A stretch of DNA of 64,000 bases, taken from NCBI GenBank assembly GCA_050174015.1, contig JBFXKG010000008.1:1-64000 (forward strand), read 5' to 3'. The notes under the pieces are model-generated. The model saw only the letters and a list, made by a program, of their open reading frames with translations. It did no database searches and was not told the origin of the DNA. Positions 18,497 through 28,853 of this stretch are shown in pieces. The stretch's first letter is position 1. Every line of letters starts with the position of its first letter. Made by a program: the position numbers and the translations under genes. Source of the DNA: Candidatus Krumholzibacteriia bacterium. Its GTDB lineage: Bacteria; Krumholzibacteriota; Krumholzibacteriia; LZORAL124-64-63.

Positions 18497-21400
18497 TCAG
18501 CGCACCAGCACCAGACGGCGGACGGCGGTCTGCCCCTCGGCCATGAACCGGGCGAAGTAGATCCCCGAGGCCAGGCCGCTCGGTTGCCAGGTCACGCGAT
18601 GTTCGCCTGCCCCGCGCTGCTCGTTCACCAGGACGTCGATCAGGCGGCCCGTGGCGTCGTAGACCTCCAGGCGCGCATGGCCCGTCCTGGCCATGGTGAA
18701 GACCACGGTCGTGGTGGGGTTGAAGGGGTTGGGGTAGTTCTGCCCCAGCCCGAACCGCGAGGTCACCTGGTCGCCCACGCCGCTGGGGCTGCGGACGATC
18801 AGGAAGTCGGCCTTGATCATCGTATCGGATCCGCAGGGGCCGGTCGCGGTCAAGGTCACGGTGTACGTGCCCTCGGCCGTGTAGGTGTGCGACGGGCTCT
18901 GCAGGGTGTCGGTGGCGCCGTCGCCGAAGTCCCAGGCCCAGGCGGTCGGCCCGCCGGTGGACAGGTCGGTGAACGTCACCATCAACGGGTTGGGTCCGTC
19001 GGTCACGTCGGCGCTGAAGTCGGCGGCCACCAGGGTATCGACCGTGACGTACGCCGCGGCGGTCAGGGTGTCGATCCCGCCCGGCCCGAAGACGATCAGG
19101 CGGACGTCGAAGCTGCCGGGCGCGGTGTAGGTGTGCGAGGGGTTCTGGACCGTGTCGGTCGCCGCATCGCCGAAGTCCCAGTTCCAGCCGGTGACGGCCC
19201 CGGTGGATTCGTCGGTGAAGACAACGGTCAGGGGCGCGCAGCCGGAAACGGGCGTGCCGCTGAAGGCGGCCACCGGGCCGGCCGGGGCGTCCACGGTGAT
19301 CTCGAGGCTGGTGGTGTCGGCCCCGCAGGCGTTGCCGGCGATCAGCTGGACGGCGTAGACGCCGGCGCTGTTGAAGGTGTGGCTGGGATTCTGGGCGGTG
19401 CTCGCACCGTCACCGCCGAAGTCCCAGGCCCAGCTGGTGGGATCGCCGGTGGACAGGTCGGTGAAGTCGATCGCCAGAGGCGCGGTGCCCGTGGTGTCCG
19501 AAGCACTGAATGCCGCGGTCGGCGGGCCGGTCACGGTGATCATCCCCGTGACGGTCTTGGCGTCGCTGCCGCCGGGACCGGTGACGGTCAGGCTGACGTC
19601 GTAGATGCCGGGGGCGGCGTATTCGTGGGAGGGGTTCTGCACCGTATCGATGCCGGCATCGCCGAAGTCCCAGGCCCAACCGGTGATGTCGCCGCCGGAC
19701 AGGTCGGTGAAGGCCACGGTGAGCGGCGCGCAGCCGCTCACGGGATCGCCGCTGAAGTCGGCAACCGGAGCCGCCGGAGCGTCCACGATGATGTCGAGGC
19801 CTGCGGTGTCGGCGCCGCAGGCGTTGGTGACGATCAGCTGGACGGCGTAGGTGCCCGCGCCGCTGAAGATGTGGCTGGGATTCGGGTCGGTGCTCGTGCC
19901 GTCGCCGCCGAAGTCCCAGGCCCAGGTGTCGGCGCCGCCGGACATGTCCGTGAAGTCCACGGCCAGGGGCGCGGTGCCGGTGGTGTCGGAGGCGCTGAAG
20001 GCCGCGAAGGGCAGGCCGCCCACGGAGATGTGGTCGGTCATGACGGCGGTGTCGCTGCCGCCGGGACCCATCACCGTCAGGCTGACCGTGTACAGGCCGG
20101 GGCCGGCGTACTCGTGGGTGGGGCTCGGGTCAGCGCTGTTCTGCCCGTCCCCGAAGTCCCAGTTCCAGGTGTCGATGTCCCCGGTGGACTGGTCGGTGAA
20201 GGCCACGCTCAAGGGGGCGCAGCCGCTGGTCACGTCGGTCGTGAACGCCGCGACGGGCGGGGGCGGTGCTGTGACGGTGATGTAGTTCAGCTTGGAGCCC
20301 GTGCCCTGGCCGCAGTTGCTGGTGGCCACCAGGACGACCGAGTAGGTGCCGGGGGCGGTGTAGGTGTGGACGGGATTCTGCTCGGTGCCGTTGGTCGAAT
20401 CCCCGAAGTACCAGTACCAGGAGGTGGGGCTCTCGGTGCTCAGGTCGGTGAAGGACACGGTCAGGGGAGCCACCCCGGACACGGGGGTCGCCGAGAAGTC
20501 GGCGACCGGCGTCCCGTAGATGGTGATCATGCCGGGAATGGTCAGGGTGTCGCTGCCGGCCGGTCCGGTCACGGTCAGGCTGACGGTGTAGGTGCCGGGG
20601 GCGGAGTAGGTGTGGCTGGGGTTCTGCGCGGTGGACGTCCCGCCGTCGCCGAAGGTCCAGGCCCAGCTGGTGACCGTCCCGGTGGACTGGTCGGTGAAGA
20701 GGACGGCGGTCGGCGCGCACCCGGTGGTGCCGTTGGAAGTGAAGGCGGCGGTGGGAGCCACCGCGGCCCCGGCGAGGGCGGCGGCCGCATCGACCATGCC
20801 GTACCCGGTGTAGCGGTCCCAGCCGGCTCCGGACTCGACGCTCGTGATGTCCAGGGCGGTGTTCTTCATCTGGTCGCGGATCTGGGTCGGGGTCCAGCCA
20901 GGATTGGCGGCCTTGATCAGTCCGGCCAGGCCGGCGGCGTAGGGGGTCGAGCAGGACGTGCCGTTGAAGAAGGGCTCGTAGTTGCTGGTCTGGTACCCGG
21001 CGCTGCCGGTGATGTCGGTGGTGGGCAGGATGGTGGGGGCGATGAGATCGACGGCGCCGGCATGGTCCTGCACGGTGCTGCCGTAGTTGGAGCCCCACCA
21101 GCGCTCGCCGTCGCAGGTGTAGCCGTTGGGATCGGCGTTGACCCCGGGATTGAGCTCGCTGGTGTTGCTGCTGGATCGCTTGCGCTCGCCGCAAGGCGAG
21201 GCGGCGCCGATGCCGATCACGTAGGTGTTGATGGCGGGGTAGCTGATGACCGAGGCGTTCTCGTTCCCGGTGGCGGCCAGCAGGACGACTCCGCTGTTCC
21301 AGGCGTACTGGATGGCGTTGTCCATGAGGGCGTAGCTGCTGATGGCCGCGCCGAAGCTCATGCTGGCCACGTCGGCGCCGTTGTTGGCGGCGAAGTTGAT

Positions 21401-22306
21401 GGCGTTGGCCGCGGAGGACAGGTACATCGAGCCCGCGGAATTGGCGACCTTCAGGGGCATGATGCTGCAGGCGCCCGCCATCCCGGCCACGACGTTGGCG
21501 TTGTTGGCGATGCCCGCGGCCACCCCGGCGCAGCAGGTCCCGTGGCCGGCGGCGGCGCTGTCGTCCATGGGATTGGAGTCGTTGTCCCCGTAATCATAGC
21601 CCGCCACCAGGTTCAAGTCCGAGTGGGCGGTGTCGACGCCCGTGTCGATGATCGCGATGACCACGCCGCTGTTGCCGTAGCCCTGGTAACCGTCCCAGGC
21701 GGTCTGGGCGTTGGAGTCGAAGCCGACGGTGCCCACGGGTGGGCCGGTATGGTCCCAGGTGGTTCCCCAGGCGTAGCTGGGCAGCTGGGCGGTGTTGTTG
21801 TGGCCCCAGTTGTTGGGGTAGTAGGGGTCGTTGGGGACGGCTGCGGGGAAGACCCGGTAGTCCGGCAGGGCTTCCTCGAGGCTGGGATCGGCGGCCAGCC
21901 GGCCGGCCAGACCAAGGATGTCGGTTCCCGCGGGCACGTCGAACCGGAACCAGCGTTCCAGCCCGATGCCGTCCGCGGCGGCCTTGTCGGGCATCTCCCC
22001 GAAGAAGCACTCGATCAGGGTGACCCCGGCCTCGGCGATGATGGCGTCGAGGGAAACCAGCCCCGTCCTGTTGCCGGGCACGGCCGCGCCCTTCTCGGTG
22101 GGCAGGGCGAAGGCGGCCTTCTCCATGGCGTCGGGCGTGAACTTGACCATCACGCGGTCGGGAGCGTACAGCTCCACCTGGTCCCCGGTGGGGGCGAACC
22201 CGGCCTGAACCGGAGCGAAATCACGGGTGGGGGCCTGGCCGAAGGCCATGGAAGTCATTGCCACCATGGCGATAACAAGAAGGGCGAGCAGGGCGGAACG
22301 TTGCAT
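18497..22306 (-). CDS. Secreted subtilisin-like S8 serine peptidase with eight tandem PKD domains and a T9SS type-A CTD
   Basis: Catalytic motifs VIAIIDTGVD (Asp), AGHGTCCAGVAAG (His) and GTSCSTPYAAGLAGL (Ser). Eight PKD domains (..WAWDFGDG.TSTAQNPSHTY..GTYTVSLTVT..). CTD GQNYPNPFNPTTTVVF...GIYFARFMAEGQTAVRRLVLVR. Signal peptide MQRSALLALLVIAMVAMTSMAFG; start is M22 of the track ORF, with a GAGGTGAT RBS. Confidence 0.9.
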   Translation of the reverse strand: MQRSALLALLVIAMVAMTSMAFGQAPTRDFAPVQAGFAPTGDQVELYAPDRVMVKFTPDAMEKAAFALPTEKGAAVPGNRTGLVSLDAIIAEAGVTLIECFFGEMPDKAAADGIGLERWFRFDVPAGTDILGLAGRLAADPSLEEALPDYRVFPAAVPNDPYYPNNWGHNNTAQLPSYAWGTTWDHTGPPVGTVGFDSNAQTAWDGYQGYGNSGVVIAIIDTGVDTAHSDLNLVAGYDYGDNDSNPMDDSAAAGHGTCCAGVAAGIANNANVVAGMAGACSIMPLKVANSAGSMYLSSAANAINFAANNGADVASMSFGAAISSYALMDNAIQYAWNSGVVLLAATGNENASVISYPAINTYVIGIGAASPCGERKRSSSNTSELNPGVNADPNGYTCDGERWWGSNYGSTVQDHAGAVDLIAPTILPTTDITGSAGYQTSNYEPFFNGTSCSTPYAAGLAGLIKAANPGWTPTQIRDQMKNTALDITSVESGAGWDRYTGYGMVDAAAALAGAAVAPTAAFTSNGTTGCAPTAVLFTDQSTGTVTSWAWTFGDGGTSTAQNPSHTYSAPGTYTVSLTVTGPAGSDTLTIPGMITIYGTPVADFSATPVSGVAPLTVSFTDLSTESPTSWYWYFGDSTNGTEQNPVHTYTAPGTYSVVLVATSNCGQGTGSKLNYITVTAPPPPVAAFTTDVTSGCAPLSVAFTDQSTGDIDTWNWDFGDGQNSADPSPTHEYAGPGLYTVSLTVMGPGGSDTAVMTDHISVGGLPFAAFSASDTTGTAPLAVDFTDMSGGADTWAWDFGGDGTSTDPNPSHIFSGAGTYAVQLIVTNACGADTAGLDIIVDAPAAPVADFSGDPVSGCAPLTVAFTDLSGGDITGWAWDFGDAGIDTVQNPSHEYAAPGIYDVSLTVTGPGGSDAKTVTGMITVTGPPTAAFSASDTTGTAPLAIDFTDLSTGDPTSWAWDFGGDGASTAQNPSHTFNSAGVYAVQLIAGNACGADTTSLEITVDAPAGPVAAFSGTPVSGCAPLTVVFTDESTGAVTGWNWDFGDAATDTVQNPSHTYTAPGSFDVRLIVFGPGGIDTLTAAAYVTVDTLVAADFSADVTDGPNPLMVTFTDLSTGGPTAWAWDFGDGATDTLQSPSHTYTAEGTYTVTLTATGPCGSDTMIKADFLIVRSPSGVGDQVTSRFGLGQNYPNPFNPTTTVVFTMARTGHARLEVYDATGRLIDVLVNEQRGAGEHRVTWQPSGLASGIYFARFMAEGQTAVRRLVLVR
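18750..20690 (-). repeat. Eight in-frame tandem PKD-domain coding repeats (~245-270 nt period)
   Basis: Periodic protein repeats. The stacked plus-strand ORFs 18885-20813 that all begin M.GLW/FW.VSV..SPKSQAQ are antisense shadows of this periodicity. Confidence 0.65.
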
Positions 22307-22439
22307 GGGGATCACCTCGGGGCTGGTGAACGAGGACGGTTCTGGCCGATGATCAACCAAGAATACCAAATAATTGTTGCAAATTCATCACGTGATATCC
22401 GCAAAAATCCTTTTTTGATGACAAATTGTCATAATCCGT

Positions 22440-22466
22440 AAAATGGGCCCGGCGAATGTCGGGCCC
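22440..22466 (-). terminator. Rho-independent terminator GGGCCCG-N8-CGGGCCC + AUUUUA on the minus strand, after the Cys-rich SLFR-tail gene
   Basis: Read from the sequence, ~20 nt downstream of the stop at 22484. Confidence 0.55.
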
Positions 22467-22483
22467 ATCCGCGGATTAAGGAA

Positions 22484-23212
22484 TCACCGGAAGAGGGTCT
22501 TGATGCCTCCCCAGGTGCTCCCCTCGGTGTCCACCGGCGGGCTGCAGCACAGGATGTCCGCATACATGGTCAACTCGCCCGGGAATCCATAGCCGAACAG
22601 ATCCTGCCAGCCCTGGCCCCAGTCGTTGTAGCTGACGCAACCGACGGGGAACTGGTCGGTGATCAGTTCCGGTTCCATTCCGGCGGGGAACGGGTCCACG
22701 AACGTGAAGGAGATCCCGTACCAGTACTCGAAGTAGGCGCAGGGGCATGAGCCGGCATCCAGGGGCAGGTTGATGTCGTAGACCCCCGGGGCGTCGATGG
22801 TGATGGTGTAGACGGAGCTCAGGCAGATCTCCGGGCCGGGCAGGAAGCACCCGATTGCCGGGTCGTAGACGGCCTCCTCGAAATCGACGTAGGCCAGGAA
22901 GGTGGACGGCACGTCTTCGACCCCGAACCTCAGGACCATGTGGACCGAGCCGACGGTGAACCCCATGGGGCAGTTGGGGCACAGGGCGGGATCGGCGTAG
23001 AAGAGATACTTGTAGCTCTCCGCGCCGGTCAGCCAGCCGTTGATCGCCCAGTAGGCCGGGTTCAGGTTGCCCATGATGCAATCGGTCTGAGGAGAACTCG
23101 GATCGAGGTCCCGGATGTCGTCGGCGACCCTGGTGATGACGGGCGTCCGGTCTGCAAGGGCCGTTCCGCAGAGAAGAACGAGGCAGAGAACGATCAGAGA
23201 TATCCTGTTCAT
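22484..23212 (-). CDS. Secreted Cys-rich hypothetical protein (242 aa) ending ...TEGSTWGGIKTLFR
   Basis: Signal peptide MNRISLIVLCLVLLCGTALA (M42 of the track ORF), about 12 Cys residues, no recognisable domain. Shares its C-terminal tail with two other secreted proteins in the window. Confidence 0.7.
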   Translation of the reverse strand: MNRISLIVLCLVLLCGTALADRTPVITRVADDIRDLDPSSPQTDCIMGNLNPAYWAINGWLTGAESYKYLFYADPALCPNCPMGFTVGSVHMVLRFGVEDVPSTFLAYVDFEEAVYDPAIGCFLPGPEICLSSVYTITIDAPGVYDINLPLDAGSCPCAYFEYWYGISFTFVDPFPAGMEPELITDQFPVGCVSYNDWGQGWQDLFGYGFPGELTMYADILCCSPPVDTEGSTWGGIKTLFR

Positions 23213-23344
23213 GGTAGAACCTCCCGAATCCAGGTGGACTGGCCGGGGAGGTCGAGGGCCGCGGGAACCCGGGGCGCAGAGCTGTCGGGCAAAACAGAGC
23301 GGGCCCGGATGCGCCGGGCCGTCTCCCTCCGTCATCGGAACGAT

Positions 23345-23372
23345 ATTATCGGAAATTGATATGGAATTTCAA
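23345..23372 (-). promoter_or_regulatory. Sigma70-like promoter TTGAAA-N16-GATAAT in an AT-rich pocket, driving the Cys-rich secreted protein gene
   Basis: Read on the minus strand. Implies a ~120-nt 5'UTR. Confidence 0.4.
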
Positions 23373-23377
23373 TAATA

Positions 23378-23788
23378 TTATTGTCCGTTGGACAGCTGGA
23401 TGATCAGGGCCTGCTTGCCGAAACCGGTGATCGTGTAGCCCACATTGACTCCGCCCGCCGCGATCGCCTGGACCCCCAGCTGACCCGTCGCGGCCGCCAC
23501 GGCCGAGAACTGGGGCTCGGTGTTGGCGCCGGTGAAGGCGTTCTGCAGCCGATGGGCCCCCGGCAGGATGGGCAGGAGGTCCGCCTGCTGGTCGGAATAC
23601 CGGCCGTCGTTGCGGACGGCGAAATCCTCGACGGCGAGTTGGAGGGTGTGGGCGTGGTTCTGGACCTTCGCTTCCTTGGCCCGCTCCTGCATGGACAGGT
23701 AGTTGGGGATGGCCAGGGTGGCGAGGATGCCGATGATCAGGACGACGATCATCAGTTCGATGAGGGTGAAGCCGGAACGATTGTCCAT
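23378..23788 (-). CDS. Type IV pilin / pseudopilin-like protein with a prepilin N-terminal methylation motif
   Basis: [28 protein letters not shown]: class III signal with G/F cleavage site and E+5. AGGAG RBS. No other pilus genes in the window. Confidence 0.8.
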   Translation of the reverse strand: MDNRSGFTLIELMIVVLIIGILATLAIPNYLSMQERAKEAKVQNHAHTLQLAVEDFAVRNDGRYSDQQADLLPILPGAHRLQNAFTGANTEPQFSAVAAATGQLGVQAIAAGGVNVGYTITGFGKQALIIQLSNGQ

Positions 23789-24002
23789 GGGTACTCCTGG
23801 GAGACGCTTGGGTTCACTCCGTTATCGGCAGGGGACGACCGGTTTTGAGCGAAAATTTGCCGGGCGGGTCCTGCAACCCCGCCTTTCGGAGGTCCCGGGC
23901 AGGTATTATCTTGGGGAGTCGGGTGGCCGCAGGCCCGGCCCCAGGCGCCGGGCCCCGCGGTTCGGGCCACCCCCGGAACGCAACGATCAAGGAGGCAGGG
24001 TC

Positions 24003-24908
24003 ATGGAGACTCCATGGACCGACAAGCAGACGGCGGAGAGGTACCGCCACAAGGTGGGCCTGGCCGAGATGCTCAAGGGCGGCGTCATCATGGACGTGAC
24101 CAACGCCGAGCAGGCCAGGATCGCCGAGGAGGCCGGCGCCGTCGCCGTCATGGCCCTCGAGCGCATTCCCTCGGACATCCGCAAGATGGGGGGCATCGCC
24201 CGCATGTCCAATCCCGGCATGATCAAGGCGATCCAGGCGGCGGTGTCCATCCCCGTGATGGCCAAGTGCCGCATCGGCCACTTCGCCGAGGCCCAGATCC
24301 TCGAGGCCCTGGGCGTGGACTTCATCGACGAATCCGAGGTCCTGACCCCCGCCGACAACGCGAACCACGTCTTCAAACACGACTTCAAGGTTCCCTTCGT
24401 CTGCGGTTGCCGCAACCTGGGCGAGGCCCTGCGCCGCATCGGCGAGGGCGCGGCCATGATCCGCACCAAGGGCGAGGCCGGCAGCGGGGACATCGTCGAG
24501 GCCGTCACCCACATGCGCGAGGTGACCGAGGGCATCCGCCGCCTGCAGACCCTGCGGCGGGACGAGCTCATGGCCGAGGCCAAGCGCCTGGGCGCTCCCT
24601 ACCACCTGGTGATCGAGACGGCCGAGCTGGGCAAGCTGCCCGTGCCCAACTTCGCCGCCGGCGGGGTGGCCACCCCGGCCGACGCCGCCCTGATGATGCA
24701 GCTGGGCGCCGAGACCGTGTTCGTCGGCAGCGGCATCTTCGCCAGCGAGGATCCCGCCCCGCGGGCCAAGGCGATCGTCGATGCGGTGACCTACCACGAC
24801 GACCCGGCCAAGCTGCTGGAAGTGTCGCTGGCCCTGGGCGAGGCCATGAAGGGCCGCGCCGTCAACGAGATGGAAGAGAACGAGAAGATGGCCGGCCGCG
24901 GCTGGTAG
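24003..24908 (+). CDS. pdxS: Pyridoxal 5'-phosphate synthase lyase subunit PdxS
   Basis: Highly conserved Pdx1/SNZ sequence (..[38 protein letters not shown]..). AAGGAGG RBS. Start is M101 of the track ORF. Confidence 0.95.
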   Translation: METPWTDKQTAERYRHKVGLAEMLKGGVIMDVTNAEQARIAEEAGAVAVMALERIPSDIRKMGGIARMSNPGMIKAIQAAVSIPVMAKCRIGHFAEAQILEALGVDFIDESEVLTPADNANHVFKHDFKVPFVCGCRNLGEALRRIGEGAAMIRTKGEAGSGDIVEAVTHMREVTEGIRRLQTLRRDELMAEAKRLGAPYHLVIETAELGKLPVPNFAAGGVATPADAALMMQLGAETVFVGSGIFASEDPAPRAKAIVDAVTYHDDPAKLLEVSLALGEAMKGRAVNEMEENEKMAGRGW

Positions 24909-24977
24909 CGATTCCGGCGGAACACGGCCCGGGCCCCTTGGTGCGTCCGGGCCTCTTCATTGGAGCGATGATCCTCG

Positions 24978-25574
24978 ATGTCCAAGCCCGTCGGCCTGCT
25001 GACCCTGCAGGGTGATTACGAGAAGCACCGCCAGGCCTTCGGGGCCCTGGGCCGCAAGACCAGTGGGGTGCGCCGGCCGGAGGAGCTGGACCGGGTGTCC
25101 TGCCTGGTCATCCCGGGGGGCGAATCGACAACCCTTTCCCGCCTCATCGATCGGATCGGCCTGCGGGAGCCGCTGCGTCGGTTCGCCGCCGACCACCCGG
25201 TGATGGGCACCTGCGCGGGGCTGATCATGCTCGCCGGGGCGCTCGAGGGGGAAGAGGAGACCGACTTCGGGGTCAAGCCCCTCGGCCTGATGGACTGCAC
25301 GGTGCGGCGCAACGGCTACGGGCGGCAGGTCGATTCCTTCACCGCTCCGGTGGCCGCCGCGGGACTGGGCGCCGCGGAACCCCCGTTCGCGGCGGTGTTC
25401 ATCCGCGCCCCCCGCATCACCGCGGTGGGGCCGGGGGTCGAAGTTGTCGCCCGGCACGGGGACGAGCCGGTCGCCGTCCGCCAGGGACGCCTGCTGGGGC
25501 TGACCTTCCATCCGGAACTGACGGACGACCTGCGGATCCACCGGTCGTTCCTGGACCTTGCCGGTTCGGTCTGA
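24978..25574 (+). CDS. pdxT: Pyridoxal 5'-phosphate synthase glutaminase subunit PdxT
   Basis: ..VGLLTLQGDYEKH.., catalytic Cys in ..PVMGTCAGLIML.., the HPE motif (..LTFHPELT..), and adjacency to pdxS. Confidence 0.92.
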   Translation: MSKPVGLLTLQGDYEKHRQAFGALGRKTSGVRRPEELDRVSCLVIPGGESTTLSRLIDRIGLREPLRRFAADHPVMGTCAGLIMLAGALEGEEETDFGVKPLGLMDCTVRRNGYGRQVDSFTAPVAAAGLGAAEPPFAAVFIRAPRITAVGPGVEVVARHGDEPVAVRQGRLLGLTFHPELTDDLRIHRSFLDLAGSV

Positions 25575-25699
25575 GGGGAACGATTTCATGGGGAAAGCGT
25601 ACCAACAGGGTTCCCTCCGGGACGCTGAATTCGTATTATTGATCGACCAGGTGGGGCATGCGGCACCTGTCGTCAGGTCGAACCCAAAGGACAGCGGCG

Positions 25700-26761
25700 A
25701 TGAGACCATCCACGTTGATATTCTTCGTGCTGCTCACCGGAATCCTGACCATCGGAGGCCTGGGGGGATGCGGCGGGGACGATGATCCCGCCGAGCCCTC
25801 GGGGTCGGATTGTTCCATCAGCATCACCAGTCCCGGGGCAGGATTGACCTACCAGTCGGGGGACGGCGCCAACATCCGGTGGACCTCGACGGGAGGGACG
25901 GGATCGGTCCGCATCACGCTCCTGCAGGACGGCGCCGCCGTGGGGAACATCGCCGAATCGACGGAGAACGACGGGTTCTTCCCGTGGGAAGCCGACGTTC
26001 TGGGCGGGACGGGGGGCGACGGGTTCTCCATCCGGGTGGCCGCCCTGGGCGAGGACGGCTGCGAGGACGAGGTCGATGGCCTGACCATCCTGAACACGGC
26101 CGCCTGCGCCATCGAGTGGACCGCCGAGTTCCCAGTCGACCACCTTGGCGGTCCCTTGCCCCTGATGGGCGACGACGAGTTCACCATCACCTGGAACGGC
26201 CACGACACCACCGGTGAGGTGGACATCGAACTGTGGCACGGCCATCTGCTGAAGACTTTCGTCGGCACGATCGCCGCGGGCACGCCGGACGACGGAACCT
26301 TCACCTGGACCGTGGATTCCTTCAACGACGCGGCCCACCGGGAGGTGACGGACCTGTCCATCTACTGGATCCGGATCCACGATCCCGAGGTGGCCGGGAC
26401 CTGCGAGGCCGTCTCCCCCGACTTCCCGCTCTGGGACGAGAGCCTCTGCGAGATCAGGGACGTGGTCATCCCCACCCTGCAGTTCGGATCCCTGCCCTCG
26501 GGTCAGACGGTCACCGTCACCTTCGACGCCTCCGACCTGGGACCGACCGGCCTGGTCAAGGCCAGACTGTACGCGGGATCGGTGGCCGTTCCGGGCGGTT
26601 TCGTCACCATGCAGAACGTTCCGGCCACCGACGGCCAGGTCCAGTGGGTGGTGTCCGACTACGGCTTCACCCAGGGCGGCAGCAACTTCAACGTCCGGGT
26701 CATCGACGTGAACGACGAGTACTGCTGGGGCCGGACCACCAATTTCTCCATCACGGATTGA
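25700..26761 (+). CDS. Lipoprotein with repeated Ig-like/Kre9-KNH-like domains
   Basis: Lipobox ..LTIGGLGGC.. (M15 of the track ORF). Repeated ..ITSP..G..Y..G....I.W... modules. Confidence 0.65.
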   Translation: MRPSTLIFFVLLTGILTIGGLGGCGGDDDPAEPSGSDCSISITSPGAGLTYQSGDGANIRWTSTGGTGSVRITLLQDGAAVGNIAESTENDGFFPWEADVLGGTGGDGFSIRVAALGEDGCEDEVDGLTILNTAACAIEWTAEFPVDHLGGPLPLMGDDEFTITWNGHDTTGEVDIELWHGHLLKTFVGTIAAGTPDDGTFTWTVDSFNDAAHREVTDLSIYWIRIHDPEVAGTCEAVSPDFPLWDESLCEIRDVVIPTLQFGSLPSGQTVTVTFDASDLGPTGLVKARLYAGSVAVPGGFVTMQNVPATDGQVQWVVSDYGFTQGGSNFNVRVIDVNDEYCWGRTTNFSITD

Positions 26762-27594
26762 TGGCCGGGTCCGCCGGCATCCGGATCCTGAACCCGGGGA
26801 GGGCCGCTGCGGCGGCCCTCCTTCTTGCGGCGCTGGTGGGTGCGGGCGGCTCCGCCGGCCAGGCCTGGTCGGAATTCGGTACGCCCGCCAGGGAGGCCCC
26901 GGCCGCCGGGACGGAGATCCGGGAACCGTTCTTCGAGTTCCTGCTGGCGGTGGCCGACGCTGACTCCCTCGGCAGCTGGACGGGGGAGGACGTCCGGCGA
27001 TTCGCGGAAGACAGGGGCCGCACCTCGAAGTTCCCCCTGTCGGACCTGCTCCTGGTCGAGAGGGTCCGACCGACGTCTTTCCGCGGCGGCGGAGCCCAGC
27101 GCCCGGTGGCCGTCTGGACCCTGGAACTCTCCGCTCCCCTGGACAAGCCCATGCCCTACGACATCCTGGGCTACCATCCCGGCAGCCTGCGGGTGTCCCG
27201 GCGCCTGGTCCTGGAGGAGGTCCGGTTCGGCAGCCAGCGGCTGGACTTCGAGCATGGCCGGCAGCAAAGGTCGGCGGCCCTGGGGGACGTCCGGCTCTTC
27301 GCCATCACCGAGGGCAAGGTGGTGCTGGACGCCGACGGTTTCGTGGACGCCCTCCTGGGGGCCGCCCTGGACGACGCCTGGACCCTCGGCTTCGCCACGG
27401 CCTGGGAGGGGGAATCACGCCTGGGCCTGGGGGTGTCGCTGGGCCGCAACGGTCGCAGGATCTTCGGGGAGTTCGACTTCGTGAACGACAAGGTGCTGCC
27501 CAACGGCAGGGAGGAGGCCTCCGCGCTCAGTTCCTTCTGCCGCCGGTGGCTGGAACGGGAAAAGGAACGGTTGCCGGCGGTCTGGGAGGAATGA
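26761..27594 (+). CDS. Hypothetical secreted protein, translationally coupled (TGATG overlap) to the upstream lipoprotein gene
   Basis: ATG overlaps the upstream stop by 1 nt. Signal-like N-terminus ..AAAALLLAALVGAGGSAGQA. No recognisable domain. Confidence 0.55.
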   Translation: MAGSAGIRILNPGRAAAAALLLAALVGAGGSAGQAWSEFGTPAREAPAAGTEIREPFFEFLLAVADADSLGSWTGEDVRRFAEDRGRTSKFPLSDLLLVERVRPTSFRGGGAQRPVAVWTLELSAPLDKPMPYDILGYHPGSLRVSRRLVLEEVRFGSQRLDFEHGRQQRSAALGDVRLFAITEGKVVLDADGFVDALLGAALDDAWTLGFATAWEGESRLGLGVSLGRNGRRIFGEFDFVNDKVLPNGREEASALSSFCRRWLEREKERLPAVWEE

Positions 27595-27667
27595 CCGGGA
27601 CCGCCTTGCCCCGCCGCCCGAAAACCGCGATCATATCCACCTGGTGCAGTCGATCCGGAGCCGAGGC

Positions 27668-27940
27668 ATGGAACGTCTCGAATTGACCGTCTACGGCAGG
27701 GTGCAGGGCGTGGCCTTCCGCTGGTACACGCAACGGACCGCGGTCCTCCTGAACCTCACCGGGTGGGTGCGGAACCGGCCCGACGGATCGGTGCGGCTGG
27801 TGGCAGAGGGGGAACGTTCCGACCTGCAGGCCCTGCGCGAGTGGGCGGGACGCGGCCCGGACCGCGCCCGCGTCGACCGCATCGAGGAATCCTGGAGCGA
27901 AGCGGCCGGGACCTTCACCGAATTCTCCATCACCGGGTAG
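27668..27940 (+). CDS. acyP: Acylphosphatase
   Basis: Signature VYGRVQGVAFR...GWVRN..DGSV (M9 of the track ORF). Confidence 0.85.
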   Translation: MERLELTVYGRVQGVAFRWYTQRTAVLLNLTGWVRNRPDGSVRLVAEGERSDLQALREWAGRGPDRARVDRIEESWSEAAGTFTEFSITG

Positions 27941-27943
27941 GAC

Positions 27944-28849
27944 ATGACCTCCGCCAACCAGCAATCCCTGCTCATCGCCGTCGACGTGGACGGCACCCTG
28001 CTGAACACCGAGGTGGACGACCTGCTCGGGGCCCGGGAGATCGCCGCGCTGGAGGCGGTGCGCACGGCCGGCCACGTCGTGGCCCTGTGCACCGGCCGCA
28101 ACCTCAACTCCACGCGCATCCTCCTGGAAAGGTCGGCCTGGTTCCCCGAGGACCTGCCGATGGTCCTGCTCAACGGCGCGGTCGTCTGGGGAGGGAATCC
28201 CCGGCGCCAGATCACCTGCAACGTGCTGGACGAGGCCACGATCCGCGCCCTGGTCGCCTTCTACAAGGAGCACGGGACGGCGCCCATGGTCTATTCCACC
28301 GACGACCACGGCGGGGTCCTCTATCACGAGAAGCGGCCGGTGAACGACATCCTCGACCGCTACCTCCAGTACCGGCGCGACCACGTGGGGGCGATCATCG
28401 CCGTGGACGACCTGCAGGACGTGCCCTGGACCGAGGCCCTGGAGGTGGGCACCATCGACCGGGAGGAGCCCATCCGGTCCCTGAGCACGGCGGTCAAGGC
28501 CGCGCTGGACGGCAGGGTCCGGGTCATCAACACCCAGAGCCTGCTGGGCAAGGGCGAGTTCTTCTGGGCCGAGGCCTTCCATGTCGCGAGCAACAAAGGG
28601 GCCGGCATGACGACCCTGGCGGGCTCCTGCGGGATTCCCTTGCAGCGGCTGGTGGCGATCGGGGACAATTACAACGACCTGGACATGTTCGCCGCCGCGG
28701 CCCTGAGCGTCGCCATGGGGAACAGTCCGGACGAGGTCAAGGGCCGGGCGGATCTGGTGGCCGGGCACGTCGCCGACGGCGGCGCGGCCGACATCCTCAT
28801 GGCCCTGGCCAGCGGCGAACTCGGCGTCGGGGAACAACGGAAAAGGTGA
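27944..28849 (+). CDS. HAD-superfamily hydrolase, Cof-like (subfamily IIB)
   Basis: Motif I ..LIAVDVDGTLL.. and C-terminal ..AIGDNYNDLDMF... Confidence 0.75.
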   Translation: MTSANQQSLLIAVDVDGTLLNTEVDDLLGAREIAALEAVRTAGHVVALCTGRNLNSTRILLERSAWFPEDLPMVLLNGAVVWGGNPRRQITCNVLDEATIRALVAFYKEHGTAPMVYSTDDHGGVLYHEKRPVNDILDRYLQYRRDHVGAIIAVDDLQDVPWTEALEVGTIDREEPIRSLSTAVKAALDGRVRVINTQSLLGKGEFFWAEAFHVASNKGAGMTTLAGSCGIPLQRLVAIGDNYNDLDMFAAAALSVAMGNSPDEVKGRADLVAGHVADGGAADILMALASGELGVGEQRKR

Positions 28850-28853
28850 GCCC

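Noticed and set aside
18750-20690. Regular ~245-270 nt repeat array that could be mistaken for a CRISPR-like or satellite array
   Set aside because: The repeats are in-frame coding repeats (PKD domains) with divergent sequence, with no short identical repeats or unique spacers.
18482-22441. 1319-aa plus-strand ORF and the periodic ORFs 18885-20813 opposite the S8 peptidase gene
   Set aside because: Antisense to a well-supported subtilisin gene. The ~245-nt periodicity simply mirrors the PKD repeats, and the translations are Gly/Ala/Val low-complexity.
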